DNA of 64,000 nucleotides from a candidate division FCPU426 bacterium (GTDB lineage Bacteria; Oederibacteriota; JAAXVQ01; JAUVAV01): positions 1 to 64,000 of the forward strand of contig DAOWGI010000011.1 of the NCBI GenBank assembly GCA_030637655.1, written 5' to 3'. Positions 47,569 to 56,918 of this stretch are shown piece after piece. The position numbers were made by a program, and so were the translations under genes. Position 1 is the first letter of the stretch; the number at the start of each line of letters is the position of its first letter. Under the pieces are notes generated by a model, which did not search any database, was not told the origin of the DNA, and saw only the letters and a program-made list of their open reading frames with translations.

Positions 47569-49152
47569 ATGGTTGATCAAATACATATTTATTATGAAGT
47601 GACCTGCGCGCGTGGCAGCCATATCGAGCAAATCAGTCATGCCATTGCTCTGGAACAGACAGTGGAAGTGCCGGATGATTGTATACATTCTGATTTTGTT
47701 CGCGAGCATATTGTCGGCCAGGTGTTGGAAATCTCACCGCTGGAAAAAAAAGACAATACCTATCTGGTGGTGATTGGGTATGCGCCGGATATTACTGCCT
47801 ATCAGATTCCGCAGTTCCTCAATCTTTTTTTCGGGAATATTTCTCTAAAAAATTATATCCGTATCGTGAATGTTACTTTGCCGGAGTGTTTTCTGGAACA
47901 GTTCAGCGGTCCGAATTACGGTATTTCCGGGATTCGCAAAATACTTGGGGTCTATGACCGTCCTTTGGCGGCCACAGCCTTAAAACCCATGGGCAGCACG
48001 CCTGAAACATTGGCGAACATGGCTGAAGCTTTTGCCTTGGGTGGCGGTGATATCATTAAAGATGATCACGGACTGACGGATCATTCATTTTGTCCGTTTG
48101 AAAAGCGTGTCCGCTTGTGTCAGGAAGCAATACAACGTGTGAACCTGAAGACCGGGCGCCAGACGCTATATTTTCCAAATGTGCTGGGAAGCGCTGAACA
48201 ACTGGGAAAACAGGTTGAGTTTGCCGTCAAACAGGGCGTGCGCGGGGTGTTGATCTCTCCCTTTTTGGTTGGTCCGGATATACTCCGGCATTTGTCAGCG
48301 CAGCACAAAATACTGTTCATGGCACATCCGGCTTTTACCGGCACTCACTTCCATGATCCTCAGCATGGTATTATTCCGGCAGTTTTGTTGGGAACCTTGT
48401 TTCGTTTGTTAGGAGCGGATATTTCGGTTTATCCCAACAGCGGAGGACGATTTGGATTTAGTGTGGATGAGTGTTTGGGAATCAGTGAGGCTTTGCAAAA
48501 ACCATTGGGAAAGATGAAACCTGCTTTTCCCGGTCCGGCCGGCGGCATGCAGTTGAATTCCATAGAAATCATGGCAAAGCAGTATGGCGTAGAAGCGATT
48601 TACATTATTGGCGGTGCTTTGTTGCAACATTCGCGTGATTTGCAGCAGAGCACGCGTATTTTTATGCAAAAGATACGATCTTTGTTTAAGGAACGATTGA
48701 CTACCCCTGTTTATGAAATGATTTCAGCAGGTGACTGGGGAGGTGGATCTGCCGGGCAAGATCGTCGATCCCACTTGGCCTGGCAATCCGATTTTACCTG
48801 GACCGGTCGTGCCGCAGAAGCGTACAAAGCAGAGAGTGGGTTGGCCTTTGCTAAGATCCGACGGCAGGAATTGATAGGCAAGCATGGGGAGAAAACCGGT
48901 TTTGATCTGCGCTATTTCCAAATTGAGCCACAGGGATTTTCCAGTCTGGAAAAGCACAGGCACGAACATGTGATTATTGCTGTGCGCGGGCAGGGTGTGC
49001 TGCAGTTGGGCAAGCGGCAAATTTTACTCAAACCTCACGATATTGCGTATGTGGAACCAGACCTAGTTCATCAGATCCGGAATGAGTCCGCAGAACCGTT
49101 TGGTTTCTTCTGTATAGTTGATCATGAACGGGACAAGCCAATAGCGCCCTAG
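47569..49152 (+). CDS. RuBisCO-like protein (form IV, KDDH type) fused to a C-terminal cupin
   Basis: IALEQTVE, FGNISL, ALKPMG, GGGDIIKDDHGL, MAHPAF, PAGGM, then cupin RYFQIEPQGFSSLEKHRHEHVI..HQIRN..EPFGFFCIVDHERD. Confidence 0.9.
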   Translation: MVDQIHIYYEVTCARGSHIEQISHAIALEQTVEVPDDCIHSDFVREHIVGQVLEISPLEKKDNTYLVVIGYAPDITAYQIPQFLNLFFGNISLKNYIRIVNVTLPECFLEQFSGPNYGISGIRKILGVYDRPLAATALKPMGSTPETLANMAEAFALGGGDIIKDDHGLTDHSFCPFEKRVRLCQEAIQRVNLKTGRQTLYFPNVLGSAEQLGKQVEFAVKQGVRGVLISPFLVGPDILRHLSAQHKILFMAHPAFTGTHFHDPQHGIIPAVLLGTLFRLLGADISVYPNSGGRFGFSVDECLGISEALQKPLGKMKPAFPGPAGGMQLNSIEIMAKQYGVEAIYIIGGALLQHSRDLQQSTRIFMQKIRSLFKERLTTPVYEMISAGDWGGGSAGQDRRSHLAWQSDFTWTGRAAEAYKAESGLAFAKIRRQELIGKHGEKTGFDLRYFQIEPQGFSSLEKHRHEHVIIAVRGQGVLQLGKRQILLKPHDIAYVEPDLVHQIRNESAEPFGFFCIVDHERDKPIAP

Positions 49153-49176
49153 TAGGGGCAACCTTCACGGTTGCCC
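49152..49176. repeat. GTAG-REP abutting RLP-cupin stop
   Basis: GTAGGGGCAACC-ttcac-GGTTGCCC. Confidence 0.75.
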
Positions 49177-49270
49177 AGTATATTGGTTGGTTTTTTTTAC
49201 ATTACTCATGCCGGGCACCCAGATGATCTCCTGCCTGCTGTGTGCTGGTCTCAACTCTTCCTGCATAACC

Positions 49271-49336
49271 TTTGACAGGATCAACAGAATCCACAGGATT
49301 TATAAAAAATCATCTCAATCCTGTTATTCTGTCAAA
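49271..49336. repeat. Inverted pair of ACAGGAT/ACAGAAT-unit repeats
   Basis: TTTGACAGGATCAACAGAATCCACAGGATT ... AATCCTGTTATTCTGTCAAA. Confidence 0.7.
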
Positions 49337-49365
49337 AAAAAATTCTCTGCGCCTTTTGCCGTGAA

Positions 49366-49592
49366 GTAACATATCAGTGGAGCGAGAAAGACATATGGTC
49401 TGCTAATTTATTTTTTTCCAGGGACGCGACTTGCCTCCGTATGTGCAAATTCAAAATTGCCGATCAGCTAAGTTATTTAGAATTTCGTATCCGGCTTGGT
49501 AAGAGCGCGCTTTCCCCTTGGGAAAAAATAAATTAGCAGACCATATGTTTCCGGGTTATTTGACAAAACACAGCACTTCACTGACCTGTTAC
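49366..49592. mobile_element. Nested MITE: outer element with 8-bp TSD containing an inner IR element (49391-49548)
   Basis: GCCGTGAA direct repeats at 49358-49365 and 49593-49600; outer imperfect IR GTAACAnnTCAGTG; inner 26-bp perfect IR ACATATGGTCTGCTAATTTATTTTTT. Confidence 0.8.
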
Positions 49593-49758
49593 GCCGTGAA
49601 TGCGCTTCGTATTGCTTTTTTTCTCTTTCGTGTGATATGCTTCATTTGCGGCTTTTCTATACCGTGGATTATGCCACGGGGGAGCCACTCTTTTTAATTT
49701 TAGCTAAAAATAGTATATCAGCGATAATAAATATGACATAAAATTTCAGGAGGGCTAA

Positions 49759-52284
49759 ATGGGGTGCTATAAAAAAACAAGTAACATTTTCCGGTTTAGT
49801 ATCTTTACAGTTTTATTGGCGGTTTTAGGGAGCGGGTTAATTGTTTCCAGTTATGCAGAAACCCCGCTGGCGGATAATTCGTCCAGCCAGGTGAGGATTG
49901 CCTGGGATGAATTCAAAAAAATGCTAAAAATCGAGACTGATGAAATTAAATTAAGCTGGGATGAATTTAAAAAACTTTTAGCCCAAACCGGAAGTGAAGT
50001 CAAGGTGGAGTACAATATCCAGGATGGAATGGTGGTACTTGCGCGGGCACAGTTCAAACAATTACTGGATAAAATGAAACCGCTTGCAGTAACAGCAATT
50101 CAGCCTCCCAGAGATTATCTTATCACCAAAGCCGGCTATACAGGCAAGATGAGTAAGGAAAGCACAACTTTTACGGCCCGCTTGTATTTAGAAATATTTA
50201 AGCAAGAACGAAAGAACTATTCTAAGATCCCTCTCCTGCCCCAAGATATAGCCTTGCGCAAGATCAAATTGGATAATGCCTCAGCCTTGGTCATGAATGA
50301 AAGCGGTTGGTATGTGCTCACAACCGATAAAATCGGGCAACATGTCGTCGATTTGGAATTCTCGGTTAAATCAAATATCGCTAAAGGCCCGGAAGTACTT
50401 AATTTTAAAATCCCGCAAACTGCGATTACATTATTGAGGCTGGATATACCCCTGAAGCGGGTAAAAGTAGAGATTCCGCAAGCCAAGCATATGGTCATAT
50501 CCAGGAGCGCCAACCGCACCCAAATAGAGTCAGTGCTTTCAACGACCAACCATATTGAGGTTAAATTGCATCGTGCCTTGGTAGTAAAGAAAAAACGCGG
50601 ACCGGCTAAAATCTATGCCGAAACCATGAACCTGCTCTCGATTGAAGATGATGCCTTGCGCGTGAGCACAAAGTTGAAACTGAATATTCTGCAAAATGCT
50701 GTTTCTCAGATAGAGTTGTTTGTGCCGGCAGGCTACAGTGTGCTCTATGTAAAAGACCAAAATTGGCAAGAGATCAGGGATTGGAGTACCCGGAAGGTAA
50801 AGCAACGCGAGGTGCTAACTCTGCCATTTGCAGGCGAAAAGGAAGGAACAGTTATCGTTACCATTGTATCTGAAAAGATATTTTCCGATACAACCAGTGA
50901 GCTGGAATTCGATGGATTTCAGGTTTTAAAAGCGATCAGGGAAACCGGTTATATAGGGGCTGAAAAAAAGAGTACGGCTGAAGCGGAGATTATTAAAGTG
51001 GATAATACTGATAGAGTGGATATCCAGGAATTGCCTTACGATCTGGTCGATATGTCCGCCAAGCCGCTTATTTTTGGATTGCGTTATTTGCGGCATCCTT
51101 TCCACTTGAAGTTGAAGATCACCAAACACGAGGAACTGCCTACTGTCAACACGGTGATAGATAATGCCAGCGTGATGTCGGTCTTGTTGGAAGAGGGTAA
51201 GGTGATAACCCGGGTTATCTATACTATACGAAATACCTGGAAGCAGTTTCTGGAGCTTAAACTGCCTGAAGACGCTGAGATATGGAGCCTTTATGTGAAT
51301 GGGAAACGGGAACTTCCGGCCAGGAATAAGGAAGGAAAATTCATGTTACCCCTGGTGCGCTCGAAAATCGAGGGAGAAAAGATTGTGCCTTTTGACATAG
51401 AGCTTCTCTATTATGCCAAGAACAGTAAATTTGCCAGGTTAGGCTCAAAACGATTGCCGTTTCCAACTGCGGATATAGTGGTAAGTAAAATGCTATGGTC
51501 TTGTTATTTTCCGGTTGATTATCAATTTATTTATTTTGGCGGCGCGATGGAAAAAGAAAAGATTGCTACTGGTATTCGTCCGCTGTTGGGCCGGAAACGG
51601 GTATTCACTTATAAAGATGTTAATGGATATAACCAGGTATTGGAAAGCTGGAACAGGCCAACGAAAAGCAGCAGAGTGAGTGGGAAAATGAAAAGGCTGC
51701 AAAACGCGTTGCAAAGTGAGTTTAGATCAAATGTGCAAAGAGATGAGGCGGTGTATTTAAATCAACTTAAACAAGAGATTGATTTTGCGCGGAATATCAG
51801 GGCAGAACAAGAGCAAGGTGCCATTGCCAAAGGCGGGGGCGGAGTGGCGCTGCTTAAGATTGAAGTGCCGGCTTCGGGTCAGCTTTACCGGTTTGCCAAG
51901 ACCCTGATTGAAGGGGAAGATTTATATTTGGATTTTCAATATGTCAAGGGATGGATCAGCACCATGGTTGTGATTTTTCTTCTTCTCCTGGCCGCCTATA
52001 TTATTTACCGGCTGAGAACAGTGATCAAAAGTGGATATCTGCGAATAAAAGCGTGGCTCGCAGCGCACCGGGAGTTTTGGGATAAATTTAAATCGCCCGA
52101 AGCTTCGCGGCTGCTGCTGGTTTTCGGCGCTTTTGTTTTTTGGTTTATCTCCCGGTTTGTTTTTGTGGTCCTGGTTCTGCTTTTTCTCATTGCCTGGCTT
52201 AAACCCGAGTGGCTTTTTCGGTCCCGGGCGAAGACGCCGGAACCGGCCAGGCTTTCTAAAAAAACATCGGCTTCACGAAAATAA
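49759..52284 (+). CDS. Large exported protein with C-terminal membrane anchor, unknown function (paralog A)
   Basis: Signal peptide, beta-rich body, C-terminal TM helices; colinear similarity to the next ORF. Confidence 0.8.
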   Translation: MGCYKKTSNIFRFSIFTVLLAVLGSGLIVSSYAETPLADNSSSQVRIAWDEFKKMLKIETDEIKLSWDEFKKLLAQTGSEVKVEYNIQDGMVVLARAQFKQLLDKMKPLAVTAIQPPRDYLITKAGYTGKMSKESTTFTARLYLEIFKQERKNYSKIPLLPQDIALRKIKLDNASALVMNESGWYVLTTDKIGQHVVDLEFSVKSNIAKGPEVLNFKIPQTAITLLRLDIPLKRVKVEIPQAKHMVISRSANRTQIESVLSTTNHIEVKLHRALVVKKKRGPAKIYAETMNLLSIEDDALRVSTKLKLNILQNAVSQIELFVPAGYSVLYVKDQNWQEIRDWSTRKVKQREVLTLPFAGEKEGTVIVTIVSEKIFSDTTSELEFDGFQVLKAIRETGYIGAEKKSTAEAEIIKVDNTDRVDIQELPYDLVDMSAKPLIFGLRYLRHPFHLKLKITKHEELPTVNTVIDNASVMSVLLEEGKVITRVIYTIRNTWKQFLELKLPEDAEIWSLYVNGKRELPARNKEGKFMLPLVRSKIEGEKIVPFDIELLYYAKNSKFARLGSKRLPFPTADIVVSKMLWSCYFPVDYQFIYFGGAMEKEKIATGIRPLLGRKRVFTYKDVNGYNQVLESWNRPTKSSRVSGKMKRLQNALQSEFRSNVQRDEAVYLNQLKQEIDFARNIRAEQEQGAIAKGGGGVALLKIEVPASGQLYRFAKTLIEGEDLYLDFQYVKGWISTMVVIFLLLLAAYIIYRLRTVIKSGYLRIKAWLAAHREFWDKFKSPEASRLLLVFGAFVFWFISRFVFVVLVLLFLIAWLKPEWLFRSRAKTPEPARLSKKTSASRK

Positions 52285-52307
52285 AATTCTTTTCTTACGA
52301 GGCTAAA

Positions 52308-55040
52308 ATGATGAAACCGCATAAGATAAAAAAATATATTCAGACCGGCTTAAGCTGTTTTGTCTTGTTAAGCATTTTTTGCAGCTCTCCTGTGCAGGCC
52401 GGCAATGATGTGGAAAAAAAGCGAGTAAGCAGCATAACTCTGGATTGGGAAGAATTCCGTTCGCTGCTGAGGCTGGATGCTGATGAGGTCAAACTTTCCT
52501 GGGATGAATTTAACCGGCTGATGTCGCAGACAGGTTGGCAGGTCAAACCTGAATATGAAGTTGAGGGTGGAGATGTCATTTTAACCCGCAAGCAATTCCA
52601 GAAGATACTGGATCAAATGCAACCACCCCGGAAAGCTGAGCTTGCCCCGCCGTGTGAGTATTTACTAATCCGGGGAAGTTATACGGGAAGAATGGGTAAA
52701 GAAAGCACCCAATTTGATGCTTTCCTGGACCTGGAAATTTTTAGAAAAGAAAAAAGAGCTTATTCCAAGATACCGCTGTTTCGCGAAGAATTGGCAATTG
52801 AAGATATCCGTTTTGATGAAAAGCCGGCCGCAATCATTACCGAAGGTGGATGGCATTATCTGAACACCGATAAAACGGGAAGATATTCTGTGCGGGTGAA
52901 ATTCTCAGTGAAATCAACCCTGGATAAAGGAACGCCCGGATTAAGTTTCAATATTCCGCAAACTCCCATAACTCACATTACTTTAGATATTCCTAAAGTC
53001 GGTATAGATGTAACCATTTCCTCGGCCCCGGCCGTGGAGATAACTGAAAAAAAAGGCCATACCATTGTCACAGGGGATTGCGTGCCGACAGCACAAATGT
53101 CTGTGGCCTGGAGAAAAAAACATGTGGAGCGGGCACGAGGCCCGGCTAAAATTTATGCCGAACTCTTCCACTTGCTTTCGATTGAGGCGGATGCGATCCG
53201 GGTGACTACCAAGCTGAATTTAAATATAGTCCAAAATAAGATCAACGCCATAACTTTAGCCATACCTGCCGGTTATCAGGTTTTGGAGGTCACGGGTCAG
53301 GGAAAAAGCATATGGAGCGTGCAGGAGGAAAAGGGCAAGGAATTTCTGAATATTCCTTTTGAATATCCCAGGGAAGGATATCACAATCTGACCATCAAGT
53401 CGGAAAAATTACTGCCCAAAGAGACCATGGTCGCGGATTTCACGGGTTTTGAAGTTCTGGAAGCCCAAAGGGAATCCGGGTTTGTGGCCGGTGAGGTTAA
53501 GAGCGATGCCGAGGCGCATGTGCAGGAGTTTAGGGGCGCTGATCGGGTTGATTTTCAGAAAATCCCGGTTTCATTGACAGAACTTTCATCCCGGCCTATC
53601 CTTTTCGCTTTCAAATATATCCGTCATCCGTATCAGGTAGTAGTAGATATTACCAAACATGAGAAAGAGGAGGTATTGAGCGCAATTATTGATCAGGCCC
53701 GCGGTACGACTCTTTTTCAGGCCGAAGGCAAATTGATCCATCAATTTACTTTTTCTATGCGAAATTTATGGAATCAATTTTTAAAGCTGGAATTACCCCA
53801 GGATTCCAGCATCTGGAGTGTCTATGTAGATGGGAAACGGGAGAAAGCCTCGCAAGATAAAGAGGGCAAAATATTGATTCCCCTGGCGCGTTCGCAAAGG
53901 GAAGGCCAAGAGAATCGTTTGCGGCCTTTTGAGGTGGAACTTATCTATACCCAACCCGCTGAAAAGTTCGCGATCCTGGGGAAGAAGCAACAGCACTTTC
54001 CTATGCCGAATGTTTTGATAAACACCCTGGAGTGGAATCTTTATGTGCCGGCGAATTATAAATATCTTCATTGGGGAGGGAATTTAAAGCGGGAAAAGAT
54101 ACCAACATTCCGCAAGCCTATCATACGGCAACTAAAGGATATGCTGCCAAGTTTAAGTATGTCGGGAAGGGCGCCAAAGGCAATTAGATATGACGAAATG
54201 GATGTTTATTGTGATGGGGATGACGGTGAAGAGGAAATGCCGGAAGAGGGAGAAATTTATGATGAAGAAATAGAAGTTGCGCGAAAGCAAGCCGCTATAG
54301 AACCACAGGCTGTTTATCCTGTCCAGGCGGCTCCAGATGATCCCGTGGGTCAAGCTGAGCAGCAAGCTGTTTCCCAGGGACTGGCGGGTTTACTATCAGT
54401 GCGCGTCAATATTCCTGTTTCCGGTAAAAACTACCGCTTCTCCAAAAAGATAGTGGAGAAGAACGAGCCTTTGCATTTGAGTTTTACCTATTTGGATGAA
54501 AGGATCATCCAGGCAGTTTTAATTCTCCTGGTTTTAGCGGTTCTCTATATTCTGTTTAAGCTAAGAAGAATTTTTGTCCCAGCGCTGAAGGTTTTAGGAG
54601 GGGTTATATCAAAACTATACTTTGGGATGAATAAATGTTTGCAACCCCGGTGGTCGCCCGTTGTTTTATTCATCCTTCTGAGTATCGCGGCTATACTCGG
54701 GGTATATATATATTATCCTCTGTTTTTCATAGGATTGCTGCTTCTCTTTTTCATATCCTTGGCCAGGCTCTTTGAGAGACAGTGTATACAGGTTATGAAA
54801 TTCTTCTGGCGGCCAATAATTTTGTTGTCCCTGCTTTTTATAATCCTGGCCGTTTTTGTTATTGACAAAATATTTTTTGAATTTCTATATTATTTTCCCT
54901 ATCGCCGATGGTTTGTTATTCTGCTTTTTGCAGTATTTGTTCTGTCATTTATAAGGTTGGTGATTAGCTTTTTTCGGGCCAAAAAAGAGAAAAAAGCGGC
55001 AAAAAAAGACGAAGCAGCAAAACCGGAAGTTAAGAAATAA
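52308..55040 (+). CDS. Large exported protein with multiple C-terminal TM helices, unknown function (paralog B)
   Basis: Signal peptide (..SPVQA); shares LSWDEF, RGPAKIYAE, HLLSIEADA, YIRHP, RNLWNQFLKL, IWSVYVDG and PVSGKNYRFSK motifs with paralog A. Confidence 0.8.
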   Translation: MMKPHKIKKYIQTGLSCFVLLSIFCSSPVQAGNDVEKKRVSSITLDWEEFRSLLRLDADEVKLSWDEFNRLMSQTGWQVKPEYEVEGGDVILTRKQFQKILDQMQPPRKAELAPPCEYLLIRGSYTGRMGKESTQFDAFLDLEIFRKEKRAYSKIPLFREELAIEDIRFDEKPAAIITEGGWHYLNTDKTGRYSVRVKFSVKSTLDKGTPGLSFNIPQTPITHITLDIPKVGIDVTISSAPAVEITEKKGHTIVTGDCVPTAQMSVAWRKKHVERARGPAKIYAELFHLLSIEADAIRVTTKLNLNIVQNKINAITLAIPAGYQVLEVTGQGKSIWSVQEEKGKEFLNIPFEYPREGYHNLTIKSEKLLPKETMVADFTGFEVLEAQRESGFVAGEVKSDAEAHVQEFRGADRVDFQKIPVSLTELSSRPILFAFKYIRHPYQVVVDITKHEKEEVLSAIIDQARGTTLFQAEGKLIHQFTFSMRNLWNQFLKLELPQDSSIWSVYVDGKREKASQDKEGKILIPLARSQREGQENRLRPFEVELIYTQPAEKFAILGKKQQHFPMPNVLINTLEWNLYVPANYKYLHWGGNLKREKIPTFRKPIIRQLKDMLPSLSMSGRAPKAIRYDEMDVYCDGDDGEEEMPEEGEIYDEEIEVARKQAAIEPQAVYPVQAAPDDPVGQAEQQAVSQGLAGLLSVRVNIPVSGKNYRFSKKIVEKNEPLHLSFTYLDERIIQAVLILLVLAVLYILFKLRRIFVPALKVLGGVISKLYFGMNKCLQPRWSPVVLFILLSIAAILGVYIYYPLFFIGLLLLFFISLARLFERQCIQVMKFFWRPIILLSLLFIILAVFVIDKIFFEFLYYFPYRRWFVILLFAVFVLSFIRLVISFFRAKKEKKAAKKDEAAKPEVKK

Positions 55041-55159
55041 TTTTTTTAGCATTACTGTTTTTTCCATATAAATTTCTTTGAAATCAATGCCTCTGTATTC
55101 TCGACTGCTTTACAGAGCCGGCAATTCAGAAATTGGCCGTTTCCACTCGAAAAAACCGG

Positions 55160-56902
55160 TTAAGCTGTGGTGGAAAAAATTTTCAAGTTCAATTCCAGGG
55201 AATGCATCCATTCGGTTCCGGTCGGTTGATCGGTTTCGATTTGGATAAAGAATTTTTCCTCTGTTGTGTGTGGGAATATCCCGGGAACAATATCCAGCTC
55301 AATGGTTTCCAGGGCATCCAAAGCTTGTTTGCGGAAATGGGCGATCTCCAGACTGGGCGCGAAATCCGTGCTTGTACCTTGTGAAATTCGCAGGAAATTG
55401 CTCTTGGTATCCAAATAGGTGAGCTTGAGTTTTCCTGAACTAATGCGGGTAGCGGGTTCCAAGGTATGCGGTGGTGTCAGCTGCAAGATGAATTTTCGTA
55501 TAAAAGGAGTAAGGGATTGGGCAACATAGGGGGGCGGATTTTCAGTTGTGTTGTTTTTCGTGACGACTAAAAAATCCGATGGTTCTTTTTGGCTTTGCCA
55601 CCTGTAGCGCCGGGTCTGCATACGGATGCGCGGCTGATAATAATGTTCTAATTGAGAATGGATTTGATCCAAATAGGCAGCGGCTTTTTGCCAATGACCT
55701 TGTGCCAGCAGCAACGCGATCTTATCGGCCTGTGCTTGGTAATGTTCGAATTTGGCTTTGTTGAAACCCAGGCAACTCAGTTCGCGGTTTTTTCTGCGCA
55801 AACGCAGTAATTGCTCAGGCAAGCGAAGGCTTTCGGATGCCAGAGCAATGTTTTTCCAGAGGCTGATCTGTTTTTGAGTGGTTTCCAACTCCTGATAACC
55901 GAATTCGAGGCTGGGTTCAATAATAGTGGATTCCACCCAATTATTCCAAGTGATGTGTAAAATGGTATCCGCTTTGGAAGCCAAGGCCATCTCCCAGGTG
56001 AGATCCAAGGTTTTGCCGTTTTCACGAGGGACATAACGGGCCAAATCTTCTCCCCCAGCCCGGCCGCGGTGATCATCAAATCCCGGCCATACACCTGCTA
56101 AGAAATGAGTGATTTTATTCTCTTGCAGCGCGGTTTCAACATGTGAATAGAAATGATGCAAATGTTTGTGCTGCGCGTACAGATTGCCGATTTTATCGTA
56201 TAGACTCCCGGCGGGAACCTCTGAACCATAGGGCAGTACCCAGGGGAAGAAACCATCCACGCTTTCAAATAATTCCGGTTGAAAGTGGGGAGTGAGAAAA
56301 ATCGGGTTATACGTTTGAATGGAGGCCCGCAAGGCTTGGAGCTCGTCGGCTGAAAAAATAGTGTCCTTCACAATGGTGGGGAGATAATCGGCAGCCCGGA
56401 TACCGTAGAAAAGCAGCAGAGGACGGTTGTCAATACCAGCGCCTGCGATGTCGTAAATGTTTCGCATTATATTGTGCAGACAGTCCTTGGCAGCATTCAG
56501 CATTTCAACCCGGTCGTTCAGCTTGGGCATGTGATTTGTGAAATTGAGTGTGACCCAATTCACCCCAACCTGGAATTTATATTTTTTTGCCAAACGCGCC
56601 ATGATCACAGGAACCTGACTGTTATGTCCATAAGCGATATCGTATTCGCAGAGAAAACCGTCAATGCCGGCTAACTTGGCAAGCAGGATGTGGTATTCCA
56701 GCACATCCGGATCCAGGGTATCGTAGGGCCCGATCAGGGGATTGTATACAGAAGCGATCTGTTTGTGATGGGCGCTCGGTTGAGTGTACAGATCGCCGCT
56801 CCATTGCGCATTTTCTCCGCAATAATAACGCCAGCTTTCAGAACGGCCGGTGGTTTCCCGGGTTTGAAAATTGGTAAAGTAATCGGCAAAGACTTGTCGC
56901 AT
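55160..56902 (-). CDS. GH99/GH71-like glycoside hydrolase
   Basis: YNPLIGPYDTLDPDVLEYHILLAKLAGIDGF, WPGFDD, ITWNNWVESTIIEPS. Confidence 0.7.
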   Translation of the reverse strand: MRQVFADYFTNFQTRETTGRSESWRYYCGENAQWSGDLYTQPSAHHKQIASVYNPLIGPYDTLDPDVLEYHILLAKLAGIDGFLCEYDIAYGHNSQVPVIMARLAKKYKFQVGVNWVTLNFTNHMPKLNDRVEMLNAAKDCLHNIMRNIYDIAGAGIDNRPLLLFYGIRAADYLPTIVKDTIFSADELQALRASIQTYNPIFLTPHFQPELFESVDGFFPWVLPYGSEVPAGSLYDKIGNLYAQHKHLHHFYSHVETALQENKITHFLAGVWPGFDDHRGRAGGEDLARYVPRENGKTLDLTWEMALASKADTILHITWNNWVESTIIEPSLEFGYQELETTQKQISLWKNIALASESLRLPEQLLRLRRKNRELSCLGFNKAKFEHYQAQADKIALLLAQGHWQKAAAYLDQIHSQLEHYYQPRIRMQTRRYRWQSQKEPSDFLVVTKNNTTENPPPYVAQSLTPFIRKFILQLTPPHTLEPATRISSGKLKLTYLDTKSNFLRISQGTSTDFAPSLEIAHFRKQALDALETIELDIVPGIFPHTTEEKFFIQIETDQPTGTEWMHSLELNLKIFSTTA

Positions 56903-56918
56903 GGGCAGGGGACCATCC

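Noticed and set aside
47569-48700. Carbon-fixing RuBisCO
   Set aside because: It has KDDH and KPMG instead of KDDE and KPKLG, and no small subunit or phosphoribulokinase is nearby. It is a form IV RLP.
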